Of a stretch of DNA of 38,767 nt, positions 10,706-19,582 are shown piece after piece; position 1 is the first letter of the stretch; the number at the start of each line of letters is the position of its first letter. The notes under the pieces are model-generated. The model saw nothing but the letters and a program-made list of their open reading frames with translations, did not search any database and was not told the origin of the DNA. Location: assembly GCA_030523245.1 (NCBI GenBank), contig JAUNIW010000006.1, forward strand, positions 1 through 38,767. The letters run 5' to 3'. The DNA comes from Pseudomonadota bacterium (GTDB lineage: Bacteria > Pseudomonadota > Alphaproteobacteria > RF32 > CAG-239). The position numbers and the translations under genes are program-made.

Positions 10706-11104
10706 ATGTCTATGAGTGATCCTTTGGGCGATATGCTCGCACGCATTAAAAACGCACAAAGAGCTAAGAAGAGTGATGTTGTATCACCTGCTTCTCGCTT
10801 GCGTGAAAATGTGTTAGAAGTTTTGAAAAGAGAAGGCTACATTGCCGGTTATGAAAAAACCAATGTACGTCCGGGTATTGATGAACTTCATATTCAATTA
10901 AAGTACTACGAAGGTAGTGCCGTTATTACTGAAATTTACCGTGTATCTACGCCGGGTCGTCGCGTTTATTCCAGCGTTAAAGACCTGCCGAGAGTTTACA
11001 ACGGCCTTGGTATTTCCATTATTTCTACCCCGATGGGTGTTATGAGTGATAATGAAGCGCGTAAGGCCAATGTTGGCGGTGAAGTTTTGTGCCAAGTATT
11101 CTAA
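10706..11104 (+). CDS. rpsH: 30S ribosomal protein S8
   Basis: [27 protein letters not shown]. Confidence 0.97.
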   Translation: MSMSDPLGDMLARIKNAQRAKKSDVVSPASRLRENVLEVLKREGYIAGYEKTNVRPGIDELHIQLKYYEGSAVITEIYRVSTPGRRVYSSVKDLPRVYNGLGISIISTPMGVMSDNEARKANVGGEVLCQVF

Positions 11105-11116
11105 GGAGAAAACAGT

Positions 11117-11653
11117 ATGTCAAGAGTTGGTAAATATCCTGTTGTTGTTCCTGCTGGCGTAGAATTAACCATCAATAACAACGTTGTAACCGCAAAAGGT
11201 AAATTAGGCGAACTTCATTTTGCCTTTGACGACAGCCATGTTTCAGCTAAGCTGGAAGACGGTAAAGTTGTTGTCACACCACATTCTCTGAGCCTGACAG
11301 CCAGAGCTTTGTGGGGCACAACCCGCGCTCAGATTCAAACCATTGTAAAAGGTGTGAGCGAAGGTTTTACAAAAGATATGGAACTTGTCGGCGTGGGTTA
11401 TAAAGCCCGTGTAGAAGGCAAAAATCTCGTTTTGTCTTTAGGCTTTTCGCATGATGTGGTTTTTCCGGCACCGGAAGGTGTGAAAATTACGTGCGAATCT
11501 CCGACACAAATTAAAATCTTTGGTGCCGACAAACAGCTGGTTGGTCAAGTTGCCGCTGAATTGCGCAAATACAGAAAACCTGAACCTTATAAAGGTAAAG
11601 GTGTGAAGTATGCCGGTGAAGCCGTTCGTCGTAAAGAAGGTAAGAAGAAATAA
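11117..11653 (+). CDS. rplF: 50S ribosomal protein L6
   Basis: [17 protein letters not shown]. Confidence 0.98.
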   Translation: MSRVGKYPVVVPAGVELTINNNVVTAKGKLGELHFAFDDSHVSAKLEDGKVVVTPHSLSLTARALWGTTRAQIQTIVKGVSEGFTKDMELVGVGYKARVEGKNLVLSLGFSHDVVFPAPEGVKITCESPTQIKIFGADKQLVGQVAAELRKYRKPEPYKGKGVKYAGEAVRRKEGKKK

Positions 11654-11664
11654 GGAATAATTCA

Positions 11665-12027
11665 ATGAATACACCAAGAAATTTGTTTGAGAGAAGAAAG
11701 GCTCGTGTTAGATCTGCAATTAAAGCAGCTGCAAACAGCAAATTGAGATTATCTGTTTTCCGCAGCGGCAAGCATATCTATGCACAAATCATTGACGATG
11801 TAAAAGGCTCAACAGTTGCTTCCGCTTCTACTCTGGATAAGGAAGTCAGAGCTAACATCAAAAAATCTTCTACAGTTGAAGCTGCCGGCTTCATTGGTAA
11901 ATTAATTGCTGAAAGAGCAACAAAATCCGGTATTTCCGAAGTGGTTTTTGACCGCGGCGGTTATATCTATCACGGTCGTGTTAAAGCTTTGGCCGATGCT
12001 GCTCGTGAAGCTGGTCTGAAATTCTAG
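11665..12027 (+). CDS. rplR: 50S ribosomal protein L18
   Basis: [31 protein letters not shown]. Confidence 0.98.
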   Translation: MNTPRNLFERRKARVRSAIKAAANSKLRLSVFRSGKHIYAQIIDDVKGSTVASASTLDKEVRANIKKSSTVEAAGFIGKLIAERATKSGISEVVFDRGGYIYHGRVKALADAAREAGLKF

Positions 12028-12036
12028 GAGAGAAAG

Positions 12037-12603
12037 ATGGTACAATCTACAGATCGTCATAATTCTAAAAAAGAAGTAAAAGATGAATTGGTTGAAAAAC
12101 TGGTTCATGTAAACCGTGTTGCCAAAACAGTAAAAGGCGGCCGTACAATGTCATTTGCCGCGGTTGTTGTTGTCGGGGATCAGAAAGGCCGTATCGGATT
12201 TGGTTCCGGTAAAGCTGCCGAAGTTCCTGAAGCTATTGTTAAAGCAACCAATGAAGCCAAAAAGAATATGATTCGTATTCCGCTTCGTGAAGGCAGAACA
12301 TTGCATCATGACGTCGCTGGTCGTTTCGGGGCCGGAAAAGTTGTTCTGAGAACAGCTCCTGCCGGTACCGGTGTTATTGCCGGCGGTCCGATGCGTGCCG
12401 TGTTTGAAGTTTTGGGCGTACAGGATGTTGTTGCAAAATCTTTGGGCTCCAACAATCCTTACAATATGATTAAAGCTACTTTTGCTGCTTTACAGGCAAT
12501 CAATTCTCCGAGAATGGTTGCTACAAAACGCGGTAAAAAAGTAGGTGATATTGTGAGCCGCCGTGAAAACACAACCGGTAAAGAAGTGAAAGAGGAGGCA
12601 TAA
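12037..12603 (+). CDS. rpsE: 30S ribosomal protein S5
   Basis: [29 protein letters not shown]. Confidence 0.98.
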   Translation: MVQSTDRHNSKKEVKDELVEKLVHVNRVAKTVKGGRTMSFAAVVVVGDQKGRIGFGSGKAAEVPEAIVKATNEAKKNMIRIPLREGRTLHHDVAGRFGAGKVVLRTAPAGTGVIAGGPMRAVFEVLGVQDVVAKSLGSNNPYNMIKATFAALQAINSPRMVATKRGKKVGDIVSRRENTTGKEVKEEA

Positions 12604-12606
12604 TCT

Positions 12607-12792
12607 ATGGCTGCTAATAAAACTATCAAAGTTACCAGAACTGGTAGCACAATCGGTCGTCCGGCTATTCAGGAAACTCACCTGAAAAGTCTGGGGTTAA
12701 CAAAAACAGGCCGCACAGTTGTTGTAGAAGATACACCGGCAATTCGCGGTTTGATTAAAAAAGTGGCTCATCTGGTTAAAGTTGAAGAATAA
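12607..12792 (+). CDS. rpmD: 50S ribosomal protein L30
   Basis: LGL.K.GRTV, TPAIRGLIKKVAHLV. Confidence 0.95.
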   Translation: MAANKTIKVTRTGSTIGRPAIQETHLKSLGLTKTGRTVVVEDTPAIRGLIKKVAHLVKVEE

Positions 12793-12884
12793 TTTTGTGA
12801 GCCTGTGTTTGTTAATTTGTAAATGAAGGCAGGCTCGCAGAAATTTCTTGATTGAATCAGACTAAACTATATAAGGTAAATAAA

Positions 12885-13346
12885 ATGAAACTGAATGAAT
12901 TAAAAGATAACGAAGGTGCGACAAAAAATCGTAAACGCGTTGGTCGTGGTATCGGTTCCGGTAAAGGCAAAACCTGCGGTTTAGGCCACAAGGGTCAGAA
13001 AGCCCGTTCCGGTGGTGCCAAAATGGGTTTTGAAGGCGGTCAAATGCCTTTATACCGTCAGTTGCCAAAGCATGGCTTTAAGAATCCGTTTGCAAAGACT
13101 TATGCCGTTGTAAATCTGGATACGATTCAAAAAGCTATTGATGCCGGTAAATTGGACGCCAAAGCTATTGATGTTGAGTCTTTGTTGAAGTCAAATGTTG
13201 TTTCCAAGCAATTGGACGGCATTCGTCTGCTGGCTCGCGGTGCTGTTACCAGCAGCATCAATATCACAGTCGACTCTGCTTCTAAATCAGCTGTTGAAGC
13301 TGTAGAAAAAGCAGGCGGCAAAGTTAATTTTGTTGCTGCAAAATAA
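12885..13346 (+). CDS. rplO: 50S ribosomal protein L15
   Basis: [29 protein letters not shown]. Confidence 0.97.
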   Translation: MKLNELKDNEGATKNRKRVGRGIGSGKGKTCGLGHKGQKARSGGAKMGFEGGQMPLYRQLPKHGFKNPFAKTYAVVNLDTIQKAIDAGKLDAKAIDVESLLKSNVVSKQLDGIRLLARGAVTSSINITVDSASKSAVEAVEKAGGKVNFVAAK

Positions 13347-13371
13347 TTAAAGTTATTTGCTAAAATTATTA

Positions 13372-13412
13372 AAAATCCCCGTTCAGATGAATGGGGATTT
13401 TCTATTTTTTTT
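13372..13412 (+). terminator. Intrinsic terminator after rplO
   Basis: AAAATCCCCGTTC-agat-GAATGGGGATTTT followed by a T run. Confidence 0.85.
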
Positions 13413-13413
13413 C

Positions 13414-13442
13414 TTTACTTTTGTTCTGTCTTTGTTTAATAT
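13414..13442 (+). promoter_or_regulatory. Promoter of pilin cassette 1
   Basis: TTTACT-17 nt-TAATAT; same motif and spacing at 18702-18730. Confidence 0.7.
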
Positions 13443-13449
13443 TTTAGGT

Positions 13450-13636
13450 GGATGACGGATAGTTTATCTGGGGTGTGACAACCTCTTGAAGATACGTCTT
13501 TATGCAAAGACGCTAAATAAGCATACCTTCTGGTCTATGGATCGGAAGGTAGCAAAATGTGCTATGTGCTAATATGCTACACTGCATTATCTTCAGCAGT
13601 TGTCAACTTCCGGTCGTCTTTTTAGACGGCTTTTTT
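13450..13636 (+). ncRNA. Unrecognised structured leader RNA/ncRNA, copy 1, ending in an intrinsic terminator
   Basis: 5' hairpin 13450-69; TGACAAC/GTTGTCA; TGAAGATA/TATCTTCA; inner hairpins 13495-512, 13524-551, 13557-587; terminator GGTCGTCT-tttt-AGACGGCT-T run; topology shared with copy 2. Confidence 0.7.
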
Positions 13637-13663
13637 ATTGTTAATCTTAAAAAGGAAGTTGTT

Positions 13664-14269
13664 ATGAATTTTAATCAATCGGGGCGTTCAATGATAGAAA
13701 TGCTTGGTGTGTTAGCCATTATTGCCGTGTTGTCTGTTGGTGGTATTGCGGGGTATTCAAAAGCAATGCAGCAATGGAAACTGAATAAATGGAAAGCGCA
13801 AATTACAGATATAATCTTTGCGCTTAAAGACGTTTATAAAAATGAAAAAAATTTTGGCAGCAATGGCATTAATCTTTTGCCTTTTTTGAAAGGAATAGGA
13901 GTGGTTCCGCAAGGTATGCTGGATGAGAACAATAAAGATTTATTTGGAAATACTGTATCAATAAATATTCGAGCCGATGGATTGGCAGATGGTTCAATAC
14001 TTCAGCGTTTTGCTGTATATTTTTCTACCCGGCCATCAGTAACGGCAGAGCAAAATTGCCGTGAGCTTTATTCTTTTGCGCAAACAGATCCTGATGTTCA
14101 TGCAGTGGTTAATTGGGCTAACGGATATCGTACTTGCGGTAAATATGTAGAAGATGCGTATAAACAAGTAATGCCTTGCCATGAATATAATATGCAGGAG
14201 GTCGCAAAAAAGTGTAAAGTTTGCCAAGAACGTTCTTGTACTTTGATTCTTTTGTACAGAAATAACTAA
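13664..14269 (+). CDS. Type IV pilin-like protein with non-canonical G|RSMIE N-terminus
   Basis: SD AAGGA; MNFNQSG|RSMIEMLGVLAIIAVLSVGGIAGY with Glu+5 and hydrophobic helix; 6 Cys in the C-terminal domain. Confidence 0.88.
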   Translation: MNFNQSGRSMIEMLGVLAIIAVLSVGGIAGYSKAMQQWKLNKWKAQITDIIFALKDVYKNEKNFGSNGINLLPFLKGIGVVPQGMLDENNKDLFGNTVSINIRADGLADGSILQRFAVYFSTRPSVTAEQNCRELYSFAQTDPDVHAVVNWANGYRTCGKYVEDAYKQVMPCHEYNMQEVAKKCKVCQERSCTLILLYRNN

Positions 14270-14413
14270 AATGTCTATCGAATCGAAAAAAGTGTAGAAA
14301 AACTGAGGATAAAGATAAATTAGTTGCAAAAAAAATATTTTTGTGTAATAGATTAAAGCCAAGTGGGTTTTTATAACCCTATGTTTTGTTTTTAAAATTT
14401 TAAGGATTAAAAA

Positions 14414-15763
14414 ATGGTATCATTAGCAGAAAAAATGGCGGCCAATATTGATATGTCTGCCTTTAGCAAAGCCGACGAATTAAAGAAAAGACTTTGGTTT
14501 ACGGTATGGGCTTTGATTATTTTCCGTTTAGGCACATATATTCCGCTTCCGGGCATCAACCCTGCGGTATTGGCTGAAATGTTCAGTCGGAATCAAGGCG
14601 GTATTTTGGGAATGTTTAATATGTTTTCCGGTGGTGCATTGGAACGTATGACGATTTTTGCCCTGAATATTATGCCGTACATTTCCGCTTCCATTATTAT
14701 CCAGCTCGGTCAGTCGGTTATTCCGTCTTTAATGGCTTTGAAAAAAGAAGGGGAAGCCGGTCATCGTAAAATTACGCATTATACAAAATGCCTGACGGTT
14801 TTGATTACGATAATTCAAGGTTATGGTATTGCCGTCGGTCTGGAAAGTGTTTCCGGTGCCAATGGCGCATCTGCCGTAATGATTGACAGTTTTGCCTTCA
14901 GATTTTCGACCATTGTTTCTCTGGTCGGCGGTACCATGTTTATTGTCTGGCTGGGAGACCAGATTACACAGCGTGGTGTCGGTAATGGTTCTTCCCTGAT
15001 TATTACCGTTGGTATTATCGCCAATATACCGAATGCTTTGGCTCAGACTTTTGAACTGGGGCGTGCCGGTCAGATGTCGGTTATGACGATTTTGATGCTG
15101 TTGGTAATGGCTTTGGCTTTGATTTATGTTATAGTGTTTGTTGAAAGAGCACAAAGAAAGATTATTATTCAATATCCGAAGCGTCAGATGGGTATGCGCA
15201 TGATGGCTGCGGAAAGTTCTCACCTGCCGTTGAAAATTAACCCGACAGGCGTTATTCCGCCTATCTTTGCCAGCTCTTTGCTGCTGCTGCCGATTACAAT
15301 TGCAAATTTATCTGCCGAAAAAGGTCCGTCATGGGTACAGAGTCTGAGTCAGATGCTGGGACATGGTCAGCCTGTTTATCTGGCCTTGTATGCCTTTTTG
15401 ATTCTGTTCTTTACCTTCTTTTATACCTCAGTGGTATTTAATCCTCAGGAGACGGCGGATAATCTGAAGAAACACGGCGGATTTATTGCCGGTATCCGTC
15501 CGGGTAAAAATACGGCCGAATATCTGGATTATGTGATTACGCGTTTAACGGTGATTGCGTCTATTTATCTGGTTTGTTTGTGTATTTTGCCTGAACTGCT
15601 TATCAGCAAAGTCGGTGTACCGTTTGTTCTGGGTGGCACAACACTGCTCATCGTTGTGCAGGTAACAATGGATTTTGTCGGACAAATTCAGTCGCATCTG
15701 ATTGCTTATCAGTATGAGGGACTTTTGAAAAAAGCGGCTTTGATTAAAAAGAAAGGGCGTTAA
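14414..15763 (+). CDS. secY: Preprotein translocase subunit SecY
   Basis: IFALNIMPYISASII, GVGNGSSL, GVIPPIFASS, GIRPG, GGTTLLIVV. Confidence 0.99.
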   Translation: MVSLAEKMAANIDMSAFSKADELKKRLWFTVWALIIFRLGTYIPLPGINPAVLAEMFSRNQGGILGMFNMFSGGALERMTIFALNIMPYISASIIIQLGQSVIPSLMALKKEGEAGHRKITHYTKCLTVLITIIQGYGIAVGLESVSGANGASAVMIDSFAFRFSTIVSLVGGTMFIVWLGDQITQRGVGNGSSLIITVGIIANIPNALAQTFELGRAGQMSVMTILMLLVMALALIYVIVFVERAQRKIIIQYPKRQMGMRMMAAESSHLPLKINPTGVIPPIFASSLLLLPITIANLSAEKGPSWVQSLSQMLGHGQPVYLALYAFLILFFTFFYTSVVFNPQETADNLKKHGGFIAGIRPGKNTAEYLDYVITRLTVIASIYLVCLCILPELLISKVGVPFVLGGTTLLIVVQVTMDFVGQIQSHLIAYQYEGLLKKAALIKKKGR

Positions 15764-16431
15764 TGTCTGAAACAAAGAAAGGCTTATATGTTGTTTTTAC
15801 CGGTGCTCCGGGGTGCGGTAAAGGAACACAGGCTCGAATTCTGAAAGAAAAAACTCATATCTGTCATTTATCGACAGGAGAAATGCTGAGGGAGTATGCA
15901 TCAAAGGATACTCCCTTGGGTCGTGATTTAAAAAAGCTTTTGGATAAAGGCGAGTTTGCTACCGATGAGATGATTATTGAAATGGTGCGTAACCGCATCG
16001 GTCAGCCGGATTGCGAACGAGGATTTATTCTGGACGGTTTTCCGCGGACACTTCCGCAGGCCGAAGTTTTGGAAGGTCTGTTAGCGGAAAAGGGAATTAA
16101 ATTAAATTGCGTTTTGGAGATTCAGGTTCCGGATGAAATCATTATGGAACGTATTCTGGGACGATATTCATGCTTAAAATGCGGTGCCGGTTATCATGAT
16201 AAATTCCAAAAACCTAAAGTTTACGGCGTCTGTGATGTTTGCGGCGGAACGGAATTCGGCCGCCGGAAAGATGACAATCGTGCGACGGTACAGAATCGTC
16301 TGGTTAACTATCGTCTGCTGACCTATCCGACAATCCAGTTTTTTGAAAAACGGGGGTTGCTGCGTACGGTTGACGGTACCGGAACGATTGAGGCGGTCAG
16401 TCACAAAATTGATGAGATTCTCGGTTTGTAA
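15763..16431 (+). CDS. adk: Adenylate kinase with zinc-binding LID
   Basis: GAPGCGKGTQA, LDGFPRT, CLKC...CDVC. Confidence 0.98.
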   Translation: MSETKKGLYVVFTGAPGCGKGTQARILKEKTHICHLSTGEMLREYASKDTPLGRDLKKLLDKGEFATDEMIIEMVRNRIGQPDCERGFILDGFPRTLPQAEVLEGLLAEKGIKLNCVLEIQVPDEIIMERILGRYSCLKCGAGYHDKFQKPKVYGVCDVCGGTEFGRRKDDNRATVQNRLVNYRLLTYPTIQFFEKRGLLRTVDGTGTIEAVSHKIDEILGL

Positions 16432-16435
16432 AATT

Positions 16436-16460
16436 GCCGGCCGTCAAAGGCCGGTTTTGT
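16436..16460 (+). terminator. Probable terminator after adk
   Basis: GCCGGCC-gtcaaa-GGCCGGT-TTTGT. Confidence 0.65.
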
Positions 16461-16586
16461 ATATATTCTAAAGTTTTGGTTTTAGATATTTTTCAGCATA
16501 AGTACCGTTTGAGGTTAAAAACATCATATACTTTGTTTTATTTGCAAAAATATGTAAAAAAATTTAAGTAATTTGCAGAAAAGGGG

Positions 16587-16615
16587 TTGACTCTGATAAA
16601 TATCGTGCCTATAAT
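16587..16615 (+). promoter_or_regulatory. Promoter of the alpha operon
   Basis: TTGACT-17 nt-TATAAT. Confidence 0.85.
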
Positions 16616-16686
16616 CCGCTTAATTTTGAAAAGTGGTGATCAACTTTTTGAATGTATTAATTAATTGAAAGTAATGGAGATTAAAT

Positions 16687-17055
16687 TTGGCTCGTATAGC
16701 TGGTGTAAATATTCCAAGTGCCAAGAGAATTGAAGTCGCACTGACTTATATCTTCGGTATTGGTAGAAAATCTGCTCAAGATATTTGTGCAAAGTCAGGA
16801 ATTGATATGAACCGTCGTGTCAGTCAGCTTTCTGATGAAGAAATCATGAAAATCCGCGAAGTAATCGATAACGGATACCTTGTAGAAGGTGAACTCCGTC
16901 GTGAAGTCGGTACCAACATTAAGAGATTGATGGATTTGGGTTGCTATCGTGGTTTAAGACATCGTAAAGGCTTGCCTGTTCGCGGTCAGAGTACAAAACA
17001 AAATGCTCGTACCCGTAAAGGTAAACGCAAAACCGTTGCAAATAAGAAGAAATAA
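16687..17055 (+). CDS. rpsM: 30S ribosomal protein S13 (TTG start)
   Basis: [24 protein letters not shown]; SD GGAG. Confidence 0.98.
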   Translation: MARIAGVNIPSAKRIEVALTYIFGIGRKSAQDICAKSGIDMNRRVSQLSDEEIMKIREVIDNGYLVEGELRREVGTNIKRLMDLGCYRGLRHRKGLPVRGQSTKQNARTRKGKRKTVANKKK

Positions 17056-17070
17056 GTGAGGTAAGTGCAA

Positions 17071-17457
17071 ATGGCTAAAGCAGTTCTGAAAAAGAAAAAA
17101 GAAAAAAAGAATATCACTTCCGGTGTAGCTCACGTTGATTCTTCTTTTAACAACACAAGAGTTACAATTACGGATGCTCAGGGAAATACCGTGTCTTGGT
17201 CTACAGCCGGTGCGCAGGGTTTTAAAGGTTCTAGAAAATCTACGCCTTATGCCGCACAGATTGCCGCTGAAGAAGCTGGTAAAAAGGCTCAGGAAAATGG
17301 TATGAAAACTCTGGAAGTAGAAGTTAAAGGACCAGGGTCAGGCAGAGAGTCTGCAATTCGCGCATTGCAGGTAATCGGTTTTACAATCACAACAATTCGT
17401 GATGTAACCCCAATTCCGCATAATGGTTGTCGTCTGAGAAAAAGACGTCGCGTCTAG
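17071..17457 (+). CDS. rpsK: 30S ribosomal protein S11
   Basis: [24 protein letters not shown]. Confidence 0.98.
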   Translation: MAKAVLKKKKEKKNITSGVAHVDSSFNNTRVTITDAQGNTVSWSTAGAQGFKGSRKSTPYAAQIAAEEAGKKAQENGMKTLEVEVKGPGSGRESAIRALQVIGFTITTIRDVTPIPHNGCRLRKRRRV

Positions 17458-17467
17458 TTATTATTTT

Positions 17468-17505
17468 GGCACAGGCCTTTTTCAAGGCCTGTTGCCGTGT
17501 TTTTT
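17468..17505 (+). terminator. Terminator-like hairpin between rpsK and rpoA
   Basis: GGCACAGGCCTT-tttc-AAGGCCTGT(T)GCC then GTGTTTTTT. Confidence 0.6.
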
Positions 17506-17543
17506 ATATGTACATGTAACTTTTCTAGAAAAGGACAAAACCG

Positions 17544-18554
17544 GTGATTCAAAAGAATTGGCAAGAACTTATTAAACCAACTAATTTGCAAGTTTCTCAA
17601 GATGAGGCTGCTCATAAAGCAAAGATAGTGGTTGAACCTTTAGAGAGAGGCTTTGGCCTTACTTTAGGTAATGCGTTGAGAAGAGTTTTACTGTCCTCTC
17701 TGCAGGGCGGAGCTGTTTCCGCTATTAAAATTGACGGTGTTTTGCATGAATTTTCCGTTATTCCTGGCGTACGCGAGGATGTGACGGATATTGTGCTGAA
17801 CATCAAAGAATTGGCGGTTGCCGTTCACTCGGAAAGCGCAAAAACAATGACATTGAAAGCTGAAGGTCCTTGTGTGGTCACGGCAGCTATGATTGAAACC
17901 GGTCACGATGTCGAAATTATGAATCCGGAGCATGTGATTTGCACATTGGATGCCGGTGCAAAAATCAATATGGAATTGACGGTTACAACAGGTAAAGGCT
18001 ATGTTCCGGCTTATAACAGCAAGTCGGCAGATGCTCCGATTGGTTTAATCGCCGTAGATGCTATTTATTCTCCGGTTACAAAAGTTTCATACAAAGTTGA
18101 AAATACCCGCGTTGGTCAGATTACCGATTATGATAAGCTGACAATGAACGTTGAAACCAACGGCGTTGTTTCTCCGGAAGATGCTGTTGCATTGGCTGCG
18201 CGTATTCTGCAAGACCAGCTCAAACCGTTTATCAACTTTGACGAACCGGAAAGCGAATCGGAAGATATTCATGAAGAATTGCCGTTTAACCGCAATCTGC
18301 TGCGTAAGGTTGATGAGCTTGAATTGTCTGTTCGTTCGGCAAATTGCCTGAAAAATGATAACATCATCTATATTGGTGATTTGGTTCAAAAGACTGAAGC
18401 AGAAATGCTGCGTACACCTAACTTTGGCCGTAAATCTTTGAATGAAATCAAAGAAGTGCTGGCTAAAATGGGAATTCATCTGGGTATGGAAACACCGGGA
18501 TGGCCGCCTGAAAATATTGAAGAATTGATAAAGCGGTGTGATGAGCATTTCTAA
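17544..18554 (+). CDS. rpoA: RNA polymerase alpha subunit (GTG start)
   Basis: [43 protein letters not shown]. Confidence 0.99.
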   Translation: MIQKNWQELIKPTNLQVSQDEAAHKAKIVVEPLERGFGLTLGNALRRVLLSSLQGGAVSAIKIDGVLHEFSVIPGVREDVTDIVLNIKELAVAVHSESAKTMTLKAEGPCVVTAAMIETGHDVEIMNPEHVICTLDAGAKINMELTVTTGKGYVPAYNSKSADAPIGLIAVDAIYSPVTKVSYKVENTRVGQITDYDKLTMNVETNGVVSPEDAVALAARILQDQLKPFINFDEPESESEDIHEELPFNRNLLRKVDELELSVRSANCLKNDNIIYIGDLVQKTEAEMLRTPNFGRKSLNEIKEVLAKMGIHLGMETPGWPPENIEELIKRCDEHF

Positions 18555-18591
18555 AATCTGAGTTAATGGCGTAATCAGCGCCGGACACTGT

Positions 18592-18647
18592 AAAAGAGAG
18601 AAAATTTATGTACTTTGTGTGCAGTTATTTTCTCTCTTTTTTGTTTT
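18592..18647 (+). terminator. Long hairpin/terminator after rpoA
   Basis: Perfect 14-bp inverted repeat AAAAGAGAGAAAAT/ATTTTCTCTCTTTT followed by TTGTTTT. Confidence 0.7.
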
Positions 18648-18701
18648 GGTACAATAAATGTCAGGCTGCTGAATAGTTTTGCCGGTAAATTGTATTTTTG
18701 C

Positions 18702-18730
18702 TTTACAATTTTAGTTTGTTTGGCTAATAT
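18702..18730 (+). promoter_or_regulatory. Promoter of pilin cassette 2
   Basis: TTTACA-17 nt-TAATAT; matches 13414-13442. Confidence 0.7.
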
Positions 18731-18737
18731 TATAAAT

Positions 18738-18922
18738 GGATAAACGATAGTTTATTCAGGGCGTGAGACCCCTTTGTTCTGTCGGTCGCAAAGGCGACCT
18801 AAAATATGTCGATGTCTGTTGGTCGGATGTCGGCTAAATACGGTTATATACCAAATAGGTCGAGCCGTAGACAGATACGGTGTCTCAACATCCGCCCGCT
18901 TTTATATGGCGGGTTTTTGTTT
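18738..18922 (+). ncRNA. Unrecognised structured leader RNA/ncRNA, copy 2, ending in an intrinsic terminator
   Basis: GGATAAAC-gata-GTTTATTC; TGAGAC/GTCTCA; TCTGTC/GACAGA; inner hairpins 18784-99, 18808-34, 18839-69; terminator GCCCGCT/GGCGGGT plus T run. Confidence 0.7.
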
Positions 18923-18946
18923 AGGTAAATAAGCGGGGTTGAGAAA

Positions 18947-19582
18947 ATGTATCAGGTGTTTAAAAGCGGCAGCAGTGCTGAACATACGGGCAGAACTGTT
19001 TCGTATGGCGGCCGCTCCATGATTGAAATGTTGGGCGTACTGGCCATTATCGGCGTTTTATCCGTCGGCGGAATTGCCGATTATTCAAAAGCCATGCAGC
19101 GGTTTAAGTTTAATAAGTGGCGGCAACAGATAGAAGATTTGATTTTTTCTGTTAAAGAAGCATACAGATTTGGCGGTCGGTATGGTACGGGAAACGAAAA
19201 TATTTTACCGGTTTTAAAGGATATCGGAGCCGTTCCGCAGGATATGCTGGATAAAAATAATAAGGATTTATTTGGCAATGACGTACGTTTGGTAATGAAA
19301 CCGCTTGATATCTATAACCGACTGAATTTGCAGTTTATTACAGAACCAAATGAAGATGCGGTGCAAGTTTGTCACGATTTATTTTATATGGCAATGATGT
19401 ACCCGAATGATATCTGGACGACGGTAGTTTGTAAAGGCTTTAATTGTAACGGGGCTTGGCTTTTCAGAATATGCGGAAAAGTTGCACCGAAAGGATATGG
19501 CGGCAATGAGTGTCAGGACTATAATCTTACTAAAGTTATGTCTGTTTGTAATATATGCGCAACAAATGTGTGTACTCTTTAG
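18947..19582 (+). CDS. Type IV pilin-like protein, paralogue of 13664..14269; probably truncated by a premature TAG
   Basis: G|RSMIEMLGVLAIIGVLSVGGIADYSKAM; shared block LP.LK.IG.VPQ.MLD.NNKDLFGN; 8 Cys; homologous frame continues to 19606. Confidence 0.85.
   Translation: MYQVFKSGSSAEHTGRTVSYGGRSMIEMLGVLAIIGVLSVGGIADYSKAMQRFKFNKWRQQIEDLIFSVKEAYRFGGRYGTGNENILPVLKDIGAVPQDMLDKNNKDLFGNDVRLVMKPLDIYNRLNLQFITEPNEDAVQVCHDLFYMAMMYPNDIWTTVVCKGFNCNGAWLFRICGKVAPKGYGGNECQDYNLTKVMSVCNICATNVCTL

Noticed and set aside
13450-13636. Assigning the pilin leader to c-di-GMP, T-box, lysine, cobalamin, yybP-ykoY or 6S RNA
   Set aside because: Diagnostic motifs were not found by eye in both copies, and the four-way junction does not fit a 6S rod; an Rfam scan is still needed.
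13559-13663. N-terminal extension of pilin 1 in the ORF track
   Set aside because: It overlaps the structured RNA and its terminator; the SD and prepilin leader point to ATG 13664.
16432-17543. Absence of map, infA, rpmJ and rpsD from the spc/alpha cluster
   Set aside because: This is the usual alphaproteobacterial arrangement (secY-adk-rpsM-rpsK-rpoA).
19580-19582. Genome-wide TAG reassignment explaining the pilin 2 stop
   Set aside because: TAG is the normal stop of rplC, rplW, rpmC, rplN, rplR, rpsK and leuS in this window.
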